A stretch of 64,000 bases of DNA. Source: Lingula anatina. Lineage: Eukaryota > Animalia > Brachiopoda. A model generated the notes under the pieces. That model ran no database searches. It saw nothing but the letters and a program-made list of their open reading frames with translations, and was not told where the DNA came from. Location: positions 12,648,001 to 12,712,000 of the forward strand of contig CM120646.1 of the NCBI GenBank assembly GCA_051362555.1. Direction: 5' to 3'. Positions 1-13,339 of the stretch are shown piece after piece. Within the stretch, counting starts at the first letter, position 1, and every line of letters starts with the position of its first letter. A program made the translations under genes and the position numbers.

Positions 1-3000
1 AAGTGAGGATACAGACGGCGACAACAAATCGATTGCGTTCGTACCTGTACTAAAAAAAACAGTTGAATCAAACTTCAAATGTTGCTTTTAAAAAGTAAGA
101 AGTTTGTGTTGGAAGAAGATATACTTTAAGTGAAATGAAAATTTTAAGCTGACTCACAGTTTCACGGCAGCGATGACGGCTATAGTAACTATAACCAGAA
201 GTCCTCCACCTCCTGCACCAGCAGCTATAGCTATGATTTCACCTAAAACAAAAAACCACATTCAATCATTTATAAGCGGGTGACAATATTTGATCGTTCC
301 ATTATGCATCATGGTTCAAAAGTTGATCGGTGAATGTAAGTGGTATACATTATAACTTTAATCAATTAAATGCAGTCATAAATGCTAAAAATGCGATGCA
401 AAATATAAAATAAAATTAAAATTAACGAAATCTCGGCAAATCCTCTACGCTAGAACAACATGGGGGACATTTAGATTTGGTCGTAGAATTGACCATTTCT
501 CTTGCAGATTGATAGCACATGATTTTAACTTGGATGTCAAAACACTCCATTTGGGGTTCCTATACTCACAGAGTTTGTACATATTAGCGTCAGCAGGATG
601 TGTTAGCGGGTTAGACACTGTCTTATCCAACTGGTACCCATTTTAAACCATAATCAGGTAATTACTACCCACACTGTACAATGTATGTCTGATACGCAAG
701 CCAATTGTGGCATAATACAATTGTCTATGTTGGAAGACAGTAATTTGAGACCACATTCTTTAGTGTAAAGGACCAGCCAAAATCCGAAAATGCGCCATTA
801 CCTTCTTTCCCCTTGTTTTTGTCTTTGTTTCGTTGTCTTGATTCCGTTGTTGAACTTGCTTTGACATTCGAATCACTATTTGTTGTAGAGGAAATCAAAT
901 CAGTCGTTGCTGTGGTTGTTTCGAAATAAAGCACGTTACTGGCGTCATTCGAGACCGTCAGGAAAGGTGACGTATGACTATTTCCCACATTCACGGAAGA
1001 TGTCGCAGATGGTTGGTTTGCGTCGATTGCTTGTGTCACTCGAGACACCTGCTCAATCTGTTTGGAAACTGAATTTAATTCCATCAGTGTTGTGACTTCT
1101 AGCTGTGAATATGCTGTCGCTGACGGTGTTATTGTCGCCGGCGAAGCTGCTGGTACATGAAGAGTCGCATCTGCGGTGACAACTGATAGGTCAGGCAATG
1201 ACAACAGGATCGTAGCAACAGAAGAAGGAGAAAGAGACGAAGGTGTCTCACCAGATAACAAAGAAAATGTATCCAAAGTAGATGAAAGTGCTTCTGCTGC
1301 ACTTGAGGATGAAGCAAACACTTGTTGCGTGGATGCATACCCTACACCAGTAGTTGCAGAAAACATGTTCGAAAGCGTTGACAACTGAGTCATATATGAG
1401 TTATCCGTCGCCAAGACGGTGCTGGGCTTATACGTATATACATCAGAAGATGCAGGAGACCAAATGATTGAAGGTTCAAGTAAAGCGTTTGTCGCCGTAA
1501 ACATATCTACGTCAGTGTTTCTTAGACAAGTTCCATTTTCAAGTATGACGTCATCTATTGCTATGTCGCCAAATGGGCCTCCCCCACGGACAGCTATAAA
1601 AGCCAAGGCACTTGATCCATTTGTGATATTCACTACTGCTTGTTTCCAGTCCGGTCCTTGACTCCCTGTGAAACACGAAATTGACATACTTCGTCAGACA
1701 TGCAGTCTAGACATGCATATCAACGGTTGAGGATATTATTGTCTTTCCAACGTTTACAAACTTAAAAAGTCCTCAATAGTATAATGCTGCCTAATGCAAA
1801 AATATTATATTAAAATATGCATGTTAATCGTCATAGATCACCATAGATTTGAAAATACGATAGTGACCAGGAAAGAGTGCATTATTTCTCTGCGACTTTC
1901 AGTTTATCTATTTTGTAATTTGCCCTTAACTGAAATAAATCCATGCCCTCACATTAATTTATTGCTCTGTCTCCCCGTCTTTTCTTTGAAAGAATATCCC
2001 TTTTGAATACACGATAATTTTCCAAAATATTTTTGACTACGTGCACTGGTTACAGGACCAAAAGACAACATATTACAAAATGTTCCATGTAACAAACGTT
2101 ACAAATGTAACGTGTCAGTTACAAATTGGATAGTTCTATGGACATCTTTATTGCCAAGTTAAATTGGCAATCCTAAAATATACATCATGGATCTATAGTT
2201 GATAATGGAACCCACTGAAAATCCACTCACTGGTTTATGATCCAATTTACATCGTCGAAAAAAGGAACTACCCAATTCGTAACTGACCCTATTAAGTTTC
2301 GGCAGAAATAGGCATTGCTGTTCGTCTGTCTTCGTCGATTTAAGATAACAGAAAATCACACATGTACAATCAAGCTACTTTATTCGACTTTCAGTGAGTG
2401 CCACGTTTATTTTCTTTGTGCTTTTAGAGCAGAAGTTGCCTACCTGTTTTTGACCAATGTGTAAAAATAATACTCCCACTGGAATTAACTGATGCCACTT
2501 TCAGAGAACCGATGGTTGAGCCGTACATGTGGTAAAAGAAACGTAGACAACGTTGTGAAAACGTTTCCTGGGTAAACGGGAAAAGCAACTGCGCGGAATA
2601 AACTGTAAATGAGCCGCTTGTCTCCAAGTACATGTAATACCCATCTGTCAAAAAAAGGAAAAACGTATTTCACAATATCCGTTCGCTGGTCCTTACCTTT
2701 GCAGGGCAAATGAAAAAAGTGTAAAAGAAAACAAAATGGATAGGGTCATATATACATTGCATTTATTATTTGGTTTCCAGCTAACTTGGTTGATGCAGGA
2801 ATGACGTGTGTGCCAGTAATATAACTAACAACTATAATTATTTATCATCAACCGAATGCACTGATGATCGATCACCTTAAATATATTTTACAAACCTCCC
2901 GTCGTATGATCACCATTTGGTCCTGTGTTGTTACTTGGCGTCCTCCCTCTATGCCGTGTCCAGTTAGGATTAGTATGGCTGCCGTCAAACGTGAAATTGC

Positions 3001-4398
3001 ATATGGACGACTCTTCAAATGTGCAGTTCAACAAAACTTCCACTGGGGACTGTATCGTTTGTTCTGATGATAAACCTAAAGGAAGATTTTAACATTGTGA
3101 AGTGTCTGTATCTATGGAAGCAATTATATATGCACCTGAAAGATAAGATGTTTGACACATTTTGCATTAAATCCAGCTGTGTTTATTTATGATAGAACAT
3201 TTATACCTGGTGACATCAAATATAACATGGAATTCTCGTGGTTGGCAATATTACAGCCATAGAAGTATAATGCCTACATGCACCTGTTGATCATGGAATG
3301 ACCAATACGTGAAAACAACACGATGACAATTAAAACCAAATAAGAAGCAAATGCAAATAACAATAAAAGTGCGATAAAAACAACTAAAAAACACTATGAC
3401 AATAGTAAAACATAAAATAATTCATCGATTAAAGGAACTATTTCTTTAAAATAGTTCAATAACTTAAAAAGTTCAATTCTATATATTAAATCCGTCAGTT
3501 TCTTTTAAAATCCGTCAGTTTCTTTTAAAAAGTACATTCAAATTTCTTAGAGGCTATGGAATAAAAGTCTTTGCAGGTCTAAAAGTCATACGCTTTAGGA
3601 TATAAATATTCTGCGAGTGTCTCAGAGAATGCGAATGTTTTTTTTTTTTTTTTTTGTTTTGTTTTGTTTAATTTTGGTAATAAATGGTTCAGTATTTGCG
3701 ATTCCATAGACACGCTTGTAAAGATTTAAAGGCATAAGTCGTTGGGCCTGGTTTGCGAAGAAACAGAGTTTATCATTATTATTTTTTTTTTATTTATTTA
3801 TTTTATTTATTTATTTATTTATTTATTTTTTTTTTTTTTTTTTGGTAATGCCTCGGTGTTTTACGACATGTTTGGATACAGTATTTGGACAACTGTTTTC
3901 TGGTCGGATTCAATTTTTCACCTTGGAACTTGGTGGTGCGTGATTTTGAATAAGTATGAATAAGCTTCGCAGATTAAATGGGTAAACAACGCAGAAGCCT
4001 CTAACAAAGTGGGTAATGCATGTACAGAAGTCACAGTAGATAGTCAAGTCACCACCATGAGGCAGATTTACTTAAAAATTTACTGAAAAATCTATTTACG
4101 GGAGTGGCCAGGACTCATAAGCTATAAAGTATAGGCTACGATCATGAACGGTTTCAAAAATGGCATTCTATATCTGATGCAAAAATATATCGCCCCTGCA
4201 AATACAGTGTGCCTGAATTAGGAAAAAATTAATTTTATCAAACTTACCTTTGGTGCCTATTAAATTAATGGTTGGCCTATACGAGCGTACTACATGTAGC
4301 ATAGAAGGATGAAGTAATGAAATTTTAACGCACTTACCAAGAAGACCCACAGCCGTCATCAAACAACCAAGTATTCTTCGAACCGCTCTGCCCGTCAT
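1..4398 (-). CDS. MAM-domain, Ser/Thr-rich stalk, single-pass membrane protein (gene 1; 3' end runs off the window)
   Basis: Exons 4398-4338 (signal peptide MTGRAVRRILGCLMTAVGLLG), possible 9-nt microexon 4256-4248, 3075-2896 (LNCTFEESSICNF..W..TPSNNTGPNGDHTTG), 2644-2444 (GYYMYLETS..CLRFFYHMYGSTIGSLKV), 1665-802 (QGPDWKQA..GDIAIDDVILENGTC plus S/T stalk), 242-158 (TM IIAIAAGAGGGGLLVIVTIAVIAAV). All are GT-AG and phase-compatible. The next acceptor near 44-50 is ambiguous. Confidence 0.88.
3488..3529. repeat. 21-bp direct tandem duplication
   Basis: aaatccgtcagtttcttttaa occurs twice in tandem in an intron. Confidence 0.85.
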
Positions 4399-5422
4399 CC
4401 CTGCGTTTGTTTCGGACTGGGGATGTTAACTTTAACAAGAATTCAGAAAATAAAAACACAAGTTAGAAGAACGCCGCCAGGACGTTTCATTTACAATTCA
4501 CCTCCCTTTTGTAAGATGACGGGCGACTTTTCGACCCCAACTAAGTTTCCGTCAAAGAGGTTTCTATATTTACTATCTCTTACTATTTACCCATGTGTCA
4601 AGATGACGGGAGAGATATTGAGAAGTTCGTACTGTACCTCTTATCAATAATATAGCGTACACATAGTTACATTGTTTGATTTGAAAACGTCGAAACTGAT
4701 GCCCCTTTCATGTCTAATTGCAACCACCCCCATATTTAGAGGCAACAAGATTCATTTACAGTTAAATACAGTTACTGTATGTATGTATATACAACGATCA
4801 CCGACTCCTACATATATTTTATGTGCCATAAAAAAAATTGGCTCCGTAAACTCGTGGAACGATCCTTAACACCTTGTTGCTGTGCATCGCTATTCTGGCA
4901 GGTCTGATTGTTAACATGACGTTAAAAGAAAATTTTAATGAAAAATCGATAAATGTGAACGTTCATTCCTTCAAAAATGCAAAAAAAAAAAACACACACA
5001 CAAACAAAAAAACACAAAAAAACACAAAAATATGTAATACAAAACTCATTGATTTATTTAAAAAACAGGTCTACATGTATGTTAAGAAGTTTCGCCAAGG
5101 TTATTTCCACCTTGCACCTGATCAAGCTAACATGGAAACTCGATTCTGGGTACATTGACTGTTTTGATTTGTCTTTCTGTGGTACAAAACTGTACATTCT
5201 TTTTTATTTTTATTTTTAACTGTTTGCAATTCTTTCAAATAATTGGATTTAGAATATTTAACACATGTATATTTTCTACTGAATGGTTCATATTAAAAAC
5301 ATTATGACATTGTTTATTTCATGTTTTTTTAAACGTTGTATCTGAATCGCTGGGTCTCGTGATAATGAAATATGAAATGGATAATCTAGACACCAAACCA
5401 AAATGTCTGGATACTAAATTTT

Positions 5423-5424
<2 letters not shown>

Positions 5425-5494
<70 letters not shown>

Positions 5495-5508
5495 CACACG
5501 CACACACA
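5425..5508. repeat. (CT)n(CA)n compound microsatellite
   Basis: Seen directly. Confidence 0.95.
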
Positions 5509-5787
5509 CTTTTTTGTACGAAATACCCTTAACTAAATCATGCTTACTCTTTTAAAAAATATAAACACCGACACTTAACAACAATCGGTTCTAACAAAAT
5601 GTCCATTCATTTGATTAATTGTCCGTCTCATTTCACATGCTACTTCGTTATATTATTCACCAATAATAAACCGAGTGCTGCAAATGTCATATAAATGTAC
5701 ATGCACCGGCGAACAGTCAGTGTCACACATTGTTCAGTACGGGCCACTGGATGTTTTCCCCCTTAACTGAAAGGATTTAAGCCAATG

Positions 5788-6666
5788 CTAAATTTCAGTG
5801 GTAGGGGTATGTGGAATAGCCTCTCCGTTTGTGTCCTGAATGTATCGTTGGGTATCCGTGACGTCATGACTGTGAATGACGACATCAGGCTGAGGAAACG
5901 GTGCCACGTCATAAGTGGGGTTTTCTATTTCTAGCACACCAGTTCCATACACGCTACTCCGTGGACTTGGAGCTTCGTTGATATCAGTGTACGGAGTCTG
6001 TCTGCGCCTGTAAGAAACGTCCACATTTCATAAAACATTGCCTCGTATCTTTAAATGAAAGTGTAAGGGTTAACGATTTTGCATAAAAGGGGTACAATAA
6101 TACTTAATATACACTGATCCTTAATGAAAATTTAAAAATTAAAAAGGATTTAATATAGCCATTTGCCAAATAACAGCAACAATACGTCCTATACGATACC
6201 TTGAGTTGTCTTCTACTTAATGAAAATGTATTTAAAGGTAAATGCAAAACAGATTTTACACAGAAGTCACCAGAAACCAAGGTAATGTGATTGTCAACAA
6301 AACGATGTTACTCACCGTCTCATAAGAATAACAATTATAAGTATAGTCAGAAGCACCGCAACGCCACCACCGGCCGATCCGGCGATTATTGGCATCATAT
6401 TCCCTACAACAGGATACATAGTGAATACTACAGTGTCTATATAGCAATTCCACATAATATTATAAGCTGTGTATATGATCCTTATAAATAAAGGAATGGA
6501 CCATAGTGTTAAACTTCAGATATTTTAGATAAAGGACCCAATGAACTAAACAACAGTATGCGTGTAAGCCATTTCATATGATTGTCATTTTGTGATTAAG
6601 TAAAGACAGCATGGCATGCAAATGTTGTTAAAAAGTTGGTTTCACATTAGTTTTTAACAATGGCAC

Positions 6667-6708
<42 letters not shown>

Positions 6709-9530
6709 CCTGCGTTATCATCGTCACTGTCCTTTCTCTGTTTTTCCCTATCGCCAGCTTTGGGGTCGGCCGTTGTCTTGCTCATCTTAGGCGTGGTCAC
6801 TGCAGCAGGGGGCGTGATCATTACAGTAGTAGGCGTGGTTATTGCAGCAGTATATATTGTTAAAACACTAGACGGCGGTATTGTTGACGTGGAACCTACA
6901 TTTGTTACAGTCAAGACTACATTGGTAGACGTCTGTGTGTTTGCTGCGGTGGTAGTTGTTTCCACAGTGGTAGGCGTGGTTGTCTTAGTGGTAGGCGTGG
7001 TTGTTACAGTAGTGGGCGTGGTTGTTACAGTGGTTGGCGTAGTGGTAGACGTGGTTGTTACAGTGGTTGGCGGGGTTGTTACAGTGGTAGGCGTGGTTGT
7101 CGTAGTGATAGGCGTGGTTGTTTCAGTGGTTGGCGTGGTTGTTACAGTGGTAGACATGGTTGTCGTAGACGTAGGCGTGATAGGTGCTTTCTTCGTAGTG
7201 GTAGGCGTGTTTGGTACAGTGGGCGAAGTTTTTGTCGTAGTGGAAGGCTTGCTTGCGGTAGCGGTAGGCTTAATTTTTATAGTGGTTGGCGTGGTTGTCA
7301 TTGAGGTTGACGTGATTGTTGCAGCGGTAGGCTTGGTTTTTGCAGTGGTCTTTGTGGTTATCGTATTTGCAGGTTTGGTTGTTCTAGTTGTTTGCTTGGT
7401 TGTTACAGTTATCAAAGTGGTTGTAATATCGGTAGGTTTAGCTGTGGTTGTGATCGGCATGGACGTCGTAGTTGTCGCAGCCGTAGGAGTGGTTGTGGTA
7501 GTGGTAGACCGGGTTGTTGTACTGGTTGTTGTAACGGTTGTGGTGGGCGCGGATGTCGTAGTTGATGGAGTGGTTGTGATTTTGGTAGGCGTGGTTTTCA
7601 CAGTTGTCGGAGTGGTTATCTCAGTGCTAGGTGTGGCTGTTGCTGTCGTCGGAGTGGTAGGCGACGTTGTGGAAGTAGTAGAAGTGGTTGTAGGCGTGGT
7701 AGTCGTAGTTAACGAAGGTGAAGTCGTCGTGGGTGGCTTATTTGCTGTAGTAGTAGGAGTGGCATTCGTAGAAACAACTGATGAAGATTCCGTAGTAGAA
7801 GCTGCCTCTGAAGTAAGATGTTCAACGCAAGGCCCATTTTCGATAGTCACATCATCAACTGCAATGTCACTAAAGACAGTGCCTGCCCGCTTTGCAACAA
7901 ATGCCAGACTAGTATCTCCTACAGGTATGTCCACTGTGGCATTTTTCCAGGCGGGACCTTGATTATCTGTTTGAAAAATAAATGCCTCTCTTAGAAACGT
8001 GCAGTAATACATTCAGAAAAAAATGCCACTCGATGAGCCCAGGCACAATTTGATTCAAATATTGATTTAAAAGAGAAACAAACTTTTAATGTTTTCTAAA
8101 ACATTTGCGCCTTATCTCAGATTGAATAATGGAACATGATTTTATATCAATATTTTGATTACTAAAATTCTGATCTTCTTTCTATATTTGAAAGACGGCA
8201 TCTTTAGACAATAATTGATGTAATAAAAGTAAAACTAACTCTTCATAGACCACAGAGTCTGAGTAACGCTCCCAGATGAATTCATGACAACCACCTTCAA
8301 TAACCCAACAGCTGTTGGCTCTCCGATAGCAGCATACATGTGATAGTAAAAACGTAGACAGCGAGCATGCATCGTCTCCAACAATGGCGGGAAGAGTAGC
8401 CAGGCTTCAGAATCAGCCGATATCCTACTTGCCTCCATGTATACATAATAACCAGCTGTATGAAAATAAAACTCCAGGTCAATCACATTAGGTTGCACAT
8501 ATACATTTATATTCATGTCAGTTATTGTCGGTCAGACGAAAAACAAGTTCTGTATCTATGCATAACACATTCTTTAAATCAGTTGCATTATAAAACAACG
8601 TGTTTGGATTGGTATTAGCTTCTTGTATAGGTATGCTAGTACTTATATCTCAAATGTGACTGCTGGCAAAGCATATTTTAGTGTGAACCTAATTCTCCCA
8701 AATGAGATTATTCGGTACTAAAGTATACGCGGTAAAGGGAAGTTCTTTGACTCATGTCAGAAGAAAACGAATGATTTCCTTTAATACATGTATCTGCAGT
8801 ATCTTATGCCCCTATTTCACACAGACCACGAATCCCACGAATCGCCAGGAATTGACAAATTTCAGGATTCGTGGTTGCATCGTAATCAGTTAGTGATCGA
8901 TCAAGAATTGCAAGAACTGACTACGAATATATACGAATCTGTTAAGAACATCACGAACTGATTACGATTGACGTGGTCTGTGTGAAATAGGGGCATTACA
9001 TGTACGTACCTCCTGTAGTGTGATCACCCGCTGGTCCCGTCTTACTACTGGGTGTTTTATCTTTGTGTCTTATCCATTCTGCCCCACTGCGGTTCCTGTC
9101 ATACGTGAAATTACACATGGAGGACTCTTCAAATGTGCAGTTCAACACAAATTCTGACGGCTGTTGTGTTACTGCTAGAACTGTCGAGCCTGGAAGTTAA
9201 AAGCACCGGTGTAATTATATGCAATCCGACAATGGTCGATTCAGTGTTTCATGAATACATTGTAGGTCCATGTGCGCTTTTTATCTCTACTTAGCAAAAA
9301 TATTTCGCGAAAGGACAGTTAATGACGACACTCCGGCATAGTACCAATTATCACATTGACGTACAGTAGATAAGCGGTTTGTTGATTAATCGTATCACAG
9401 GCCGTACTCACATTTTTGTCTACTTTTCGACAAGTTTGTCCTGGAGAAGACTGCCAATTTTTTTTTTAAAAAATCGGTGAAATCAAACTTCTTAAAATTA
9501 AAATTACAATTTCGTAGGCATATATAAATT

Positions 9531-9607
<77 letters not shown>

Positions 9608-10029
9608 ATTTTAATTTTAACGTTTCATTGTATTTTCACAACAAATGTAAGACAAACCTTTTGGTTTTACGGTATTTAAATATTATTGCCTTATAAAAAT
9701 TAAACAAACCCGCGAGTGCCTGGTCTGGCGTTGTGGGAACATCAGGCGTGGTAATGTTAACCGTGGAAGCCACAGAAAGCCTCTTGACGGTAAAACTATT
9801 GGTTGTCATGGTGAAACTAACTGTTGTCATGGTTTCTACACATTCCCCTTCCTCCAGCACTACATCATCAATGGCGATATCTCCAAGGTAGGAAGACCCT
9901 CGTACTGCTATAAACGCAAGCTCAGAGAACCCAGCGGGGATTTTAACTGTCGCATTTTTCCACCCCGGCCCTTGGCCTCCTATTTTAGAAAAACCAGTTC
10001 ACAATTAATAGAAGAAAGCATCACCTTAT

Positions 10030-10063
<34 letters not shown>

Positions 10064-11947
10064 AAAATAATTTCCAAGCTGCATGACTGCTGGCAAAAAT
10101 TACCCCTCACACGACCCACTTGATACATCTTGTTGTAATGGATTCAGCCAAACACACCTACATGTAATTTCATATGGATGACCGTGATCAATAAAATGGA
10201 AGAAGGTTGCTTTTTTTAATTTCAGAGTTTGAGGGAGGATGTCATCGCCATCATTGGCGTGTGCATGCGTGCGCTCGCCCTTGCCCGCGCTTTGTACTTT
10301 TTTTATCATATCCACTTATTATTTTGCTGTATCAGTAACGATTTTACTGTCCTTCCTACATCTGTAATGCAACTTTTTGATTCTTTGCAAGTTGAGGCTT
10401 ACCTTCAACTGACCACAGTCTTCTTTCCATATTTCCATTTGGGTCCATAGCCACTAACTTTAGTTCTCCCATGAGATCCTTAGAACCAGCGCTATACATA
10501 CTGTAAAAGAAACTGACACAGCGCACTTGTCTTGATCCAAAGAACGTAGGGAATAAAAGTCTGGCTTCATCTCCCTTAGTTTTATAGCTTGCTTCCATAT
10601 ACATGTAGTTCCCGCCTGAAAGGCAAAAATACACATTTTGAATGGAAACAGACATGCCGTCCATAAAACGTGGTCATCCTGCAAGACCATTCAATCTTCA
10701 GACTTTCCCAGTATTACGTTTATCAGCGTGAACAAATGTGGGTGCCTTTTTGCAACATCACAAAATCCGCTTACGGGTGGGTAATTATATAAAATCTTGT
10801 TTACGCATAGTTTGATTTAGTCTATCAATCGTTCGGATTTCCTTTTGATAACGTGGTCAATATGTAAAATCGTATACCAGGTATGAGTTTGGCAAAAAGG
10901 AAAGAGGTCTTAGCTGCGGGGCAAATACACTGTATCTACTGATGTTGTATGTAATCAACGAATCTCGAACTACTGGTGTGGAGTAGATTTTATTATGTAT
11001 GTGGACGGCCTCCTTTGTTTTACTGTCTTACTTATACAAATATTATGTTCACATACTGTACCTCCCGTAGTATGATCTCCATTGGGTCCGGTCTGGGAAC
11101 TAGGTGTGTTTCCACTGTGCCTCAGCCATTCGGCTTTACTGTGGTTCCTGTCGTATGTGAAGTTACATATAGACGGCTCTTCGAATGTGCAGTTTACCAG
11201 GAGACTTGGAGAGGGTATTGGCTGCTGGACAGAAAACCCTGGGGTGTGGATAACATGTGGTCATTATTTCCCATTATAAATACAGAAATTACAATTAATG
11301 GATCTGTGAGACAAAATCGGCTGTGTTAGATGAATAGTTAAATAATTGAACACAACAAACGATGCCTATTTATGGCAAACGCAGGGTACGTCATGCACCC
11401 TGTATACTCCAACACAAAGAAGTTCTCCGCTCCACTCCCTTCGTACGCTTGTACATGGAGTTTAAATAAACAAAACAGGTAATATAGTGCGCTCAATGAT
11501 AGACAGACATGATACTCTGGCACTAGTTTTAAACTGTATAAAAACACGTTTTAATACTGATATAAGCACAGTTCTTCAGGAGAGAAAAAATTACGCGAAA
11601 AAAATAATTTAATATTATTTGCATTGCATGCAGTTAAAGAAGGATGGCGGGTAAGCACACACAATGTATATGGACATGCATGTGCATGTGCGGTATCGCG
11701 CGGGAATGAGCATGCGCCCGTTGTTGTATGGGCTACAAATTATCCTGAGTCTTCCCTATAGTGAAGTGCGTTGCAAATAATTGAGAGGTTCTAAGTCATA
11801 CAATTTAGAAGTACTTATTTTGATAAACGACATACCTGTAATATATTTGATCAGACACAAGTCGTAAGAATTTGCTACAGTCTTACCTGTTACAAGAACA
11901 ACAATAACGTATCCTAAAACTGGGAATCGACCGCATTCTAAAGACAT
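5788..11947 (-). CDS. Double-MAM-domain, Thr-rich mucin stalk, type I membrane protein with cytoplasmic NPxY (gene 2, ~893 aa)
   Basis: Exons 11947-11887 (signal), 11238-11062, 10615-10403, 9979-9710 (MAM1), 9189-9010, 8455-8240, 7966-6710 (MAM2 plus T/P-rich stalk), 6403-6316 (TM), 6007-5788 (RRR..ENPTY..stop). The sum is 2682 nt, in frame, all GT-AG. The MAM motifs CTFE, TGPxxDHT, GYYxYxEAS, CLRFYYHMY and DIAxDDV are present. Confidence 0.9.
6940..7760 (-). repeat. Coding Thr/Pro-rich degenerate repeat (mucin-like, TTPTTVT units, ~21 nt)
   Basis: Recurrent ggttgttacagtggt(a/t)ggcgt units on the + strand encode TTTPTTV on the - strand. Confidence 0.85.
8807..8995. mobile_element. PIF/Harbinger-like MITE (189 bp)
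   Basis: 24-bp perfect TIR TGCCCCTATTTCACACAGACCACG with a TTA duplication on both sides (8804-8806, 8996-8998). Confidence 0.85.
9533..9602. repeat. (AT)n microsatellite
   Basis: Seen directly. Confidence 0.95.
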
Positions 11948-12156
11948 TTTCTCCTTCCTCTCAAGGCGGTTAAAGATAAATTCTTGTATAAGATATTGCA
12001 CATACTAACATTATAATGCCAATTATTAACTAAATGGACCTTAGATAATCGGCCGATTACTGGGGATAAGAAGATTTTCCATCGTAAAACTAAAGCTGGA
12101 AGATACAGGGCACATTATTCTTACAGAATGCATGCTCTACATAAAGCAACTAATGA

Positions 12157-12375
12157 CAGTGGCGGATTTAGGGAGGTGTCATGGGGGTCCTGGCCCACCC
12201 CCATCCCTCCTTCGATTTTCTAAAAAAAAAAAAATCCCACCAATGGTCCACTCTTGAAATTAGGATTTTGACTAGCTGAATTACATTGTTAAACCGTACC
12301 AAATGGCACCGTTCACCCTCTAAAATGCCAAAAATTTTCGGAGCCCTTCACCGCGGGCCCCGAAACACACGCCAA

Positions 12376-12407
<32 letters not shown>

Positions 12408-12445
12408 CGGACTCCCCTTCAAATAATCCTGGATATCCGTCCCTG
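12157..12445. mobile_element. Non-autonomous DNA transposon/MITE with internal poly-G
   Basis: Imperfect TIR CAGTGGCGGAT...ATCCGTCCCTG, GC-rich interior with a ~30-nt G run, flanks taatga/taataa (degenerate TSD). Confidence 0.6.
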
Positions 12446-13243
12446 TAATAACATTATCACTTTACATGTATACTTGTAAGTACGTGCCTAGTTATGGAAA
12501 ACAAAAGGGAGCAAATATACTCTGACGCGCAGAGAAGAAATTGCTTTAAAATAAAATAAAAATCATTTTTCTGCCTCGCCCCTCACCTCAGTTTTCGGCG
12601 AGGACGTGTCTGGAGTGGAAGTTCAAGTTTTATTTCGGGACGTTAATGTTTCCTACGGTAAGATAGGTGCCACATCCTAACGCAAATATTGCACACAATA
12701 TGAGGTGATAGGGCTGCCGGGAACATGTATATTTCTCCACCGATATATATTTGTAAGACACAAGACACGGACAAGAGAGGTTAGGCTGATTGCTGATTAA
12801 CTTGTACATGTACCGGTAATAGTAGGCTACTAGTAGATTTAGGTGTATACCAGCAGGTCTTACTTAGGCTGATCGACACACATACCCAAGCAACTCAAGA
12901 GCAAATGTCTAGCATATGTACTGTACATGCTGTACGTGCACCGTACCTGTACATTTACAGGCTATCTGAGCTTGCAGGACGTTTTCCTCTGAAAGTGACG
13001 CCGTAACTGTACATGTACATGTATCTTTCCAAAAAATGTCATTCAGTAACGTTATAGTTATAAAGTAAGGTCATATAATTTTTATTTATATTTCTATATA
13101 TTTAATTTTGACAATCCTTTTGTAATCCCATTTGATGCAGTTAATCTAATGGAAACGGAGAGATGTAGCTGTTTGCTTATGCCCTGGGCCGTCTTGGAAT
13201 AATGCGATTGTAGCGCCATAGTTGTAGCCTCGTTCTGGCCCTA

Positions 13244-13281
13244 GTTACCAAGTTACCGTAAACATTCTTCCGCCATTTTTG
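13244..13281 (+). promoter_or_regulatory. RFX X-box plus forkhead (FOXJ1-type) site plus YY1-like motif upstream of ODAD4
   Basis: GTTACCAAGTTAC (13244-13256, X-box-like), GTAAACA (13258-13264) and CGCCATTTT (~13272) lie 60-100 bp before the ATG of a motile-cilia gene. Confidence 0.65.
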
Positions 13282-13339
13282 TAATTCACTTAGTAGCTTA
13301 ATACAGTCAATCAATACATTTATAGCAGGCAATCTCAAA

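Noticed and set aside
6760-7962. 400-aa Val-rich plus-strand ORF
   Set aside because: Antisense shadow of the Thr-rich mucin exon (ACN codons read as Val/Gly on the other strand).
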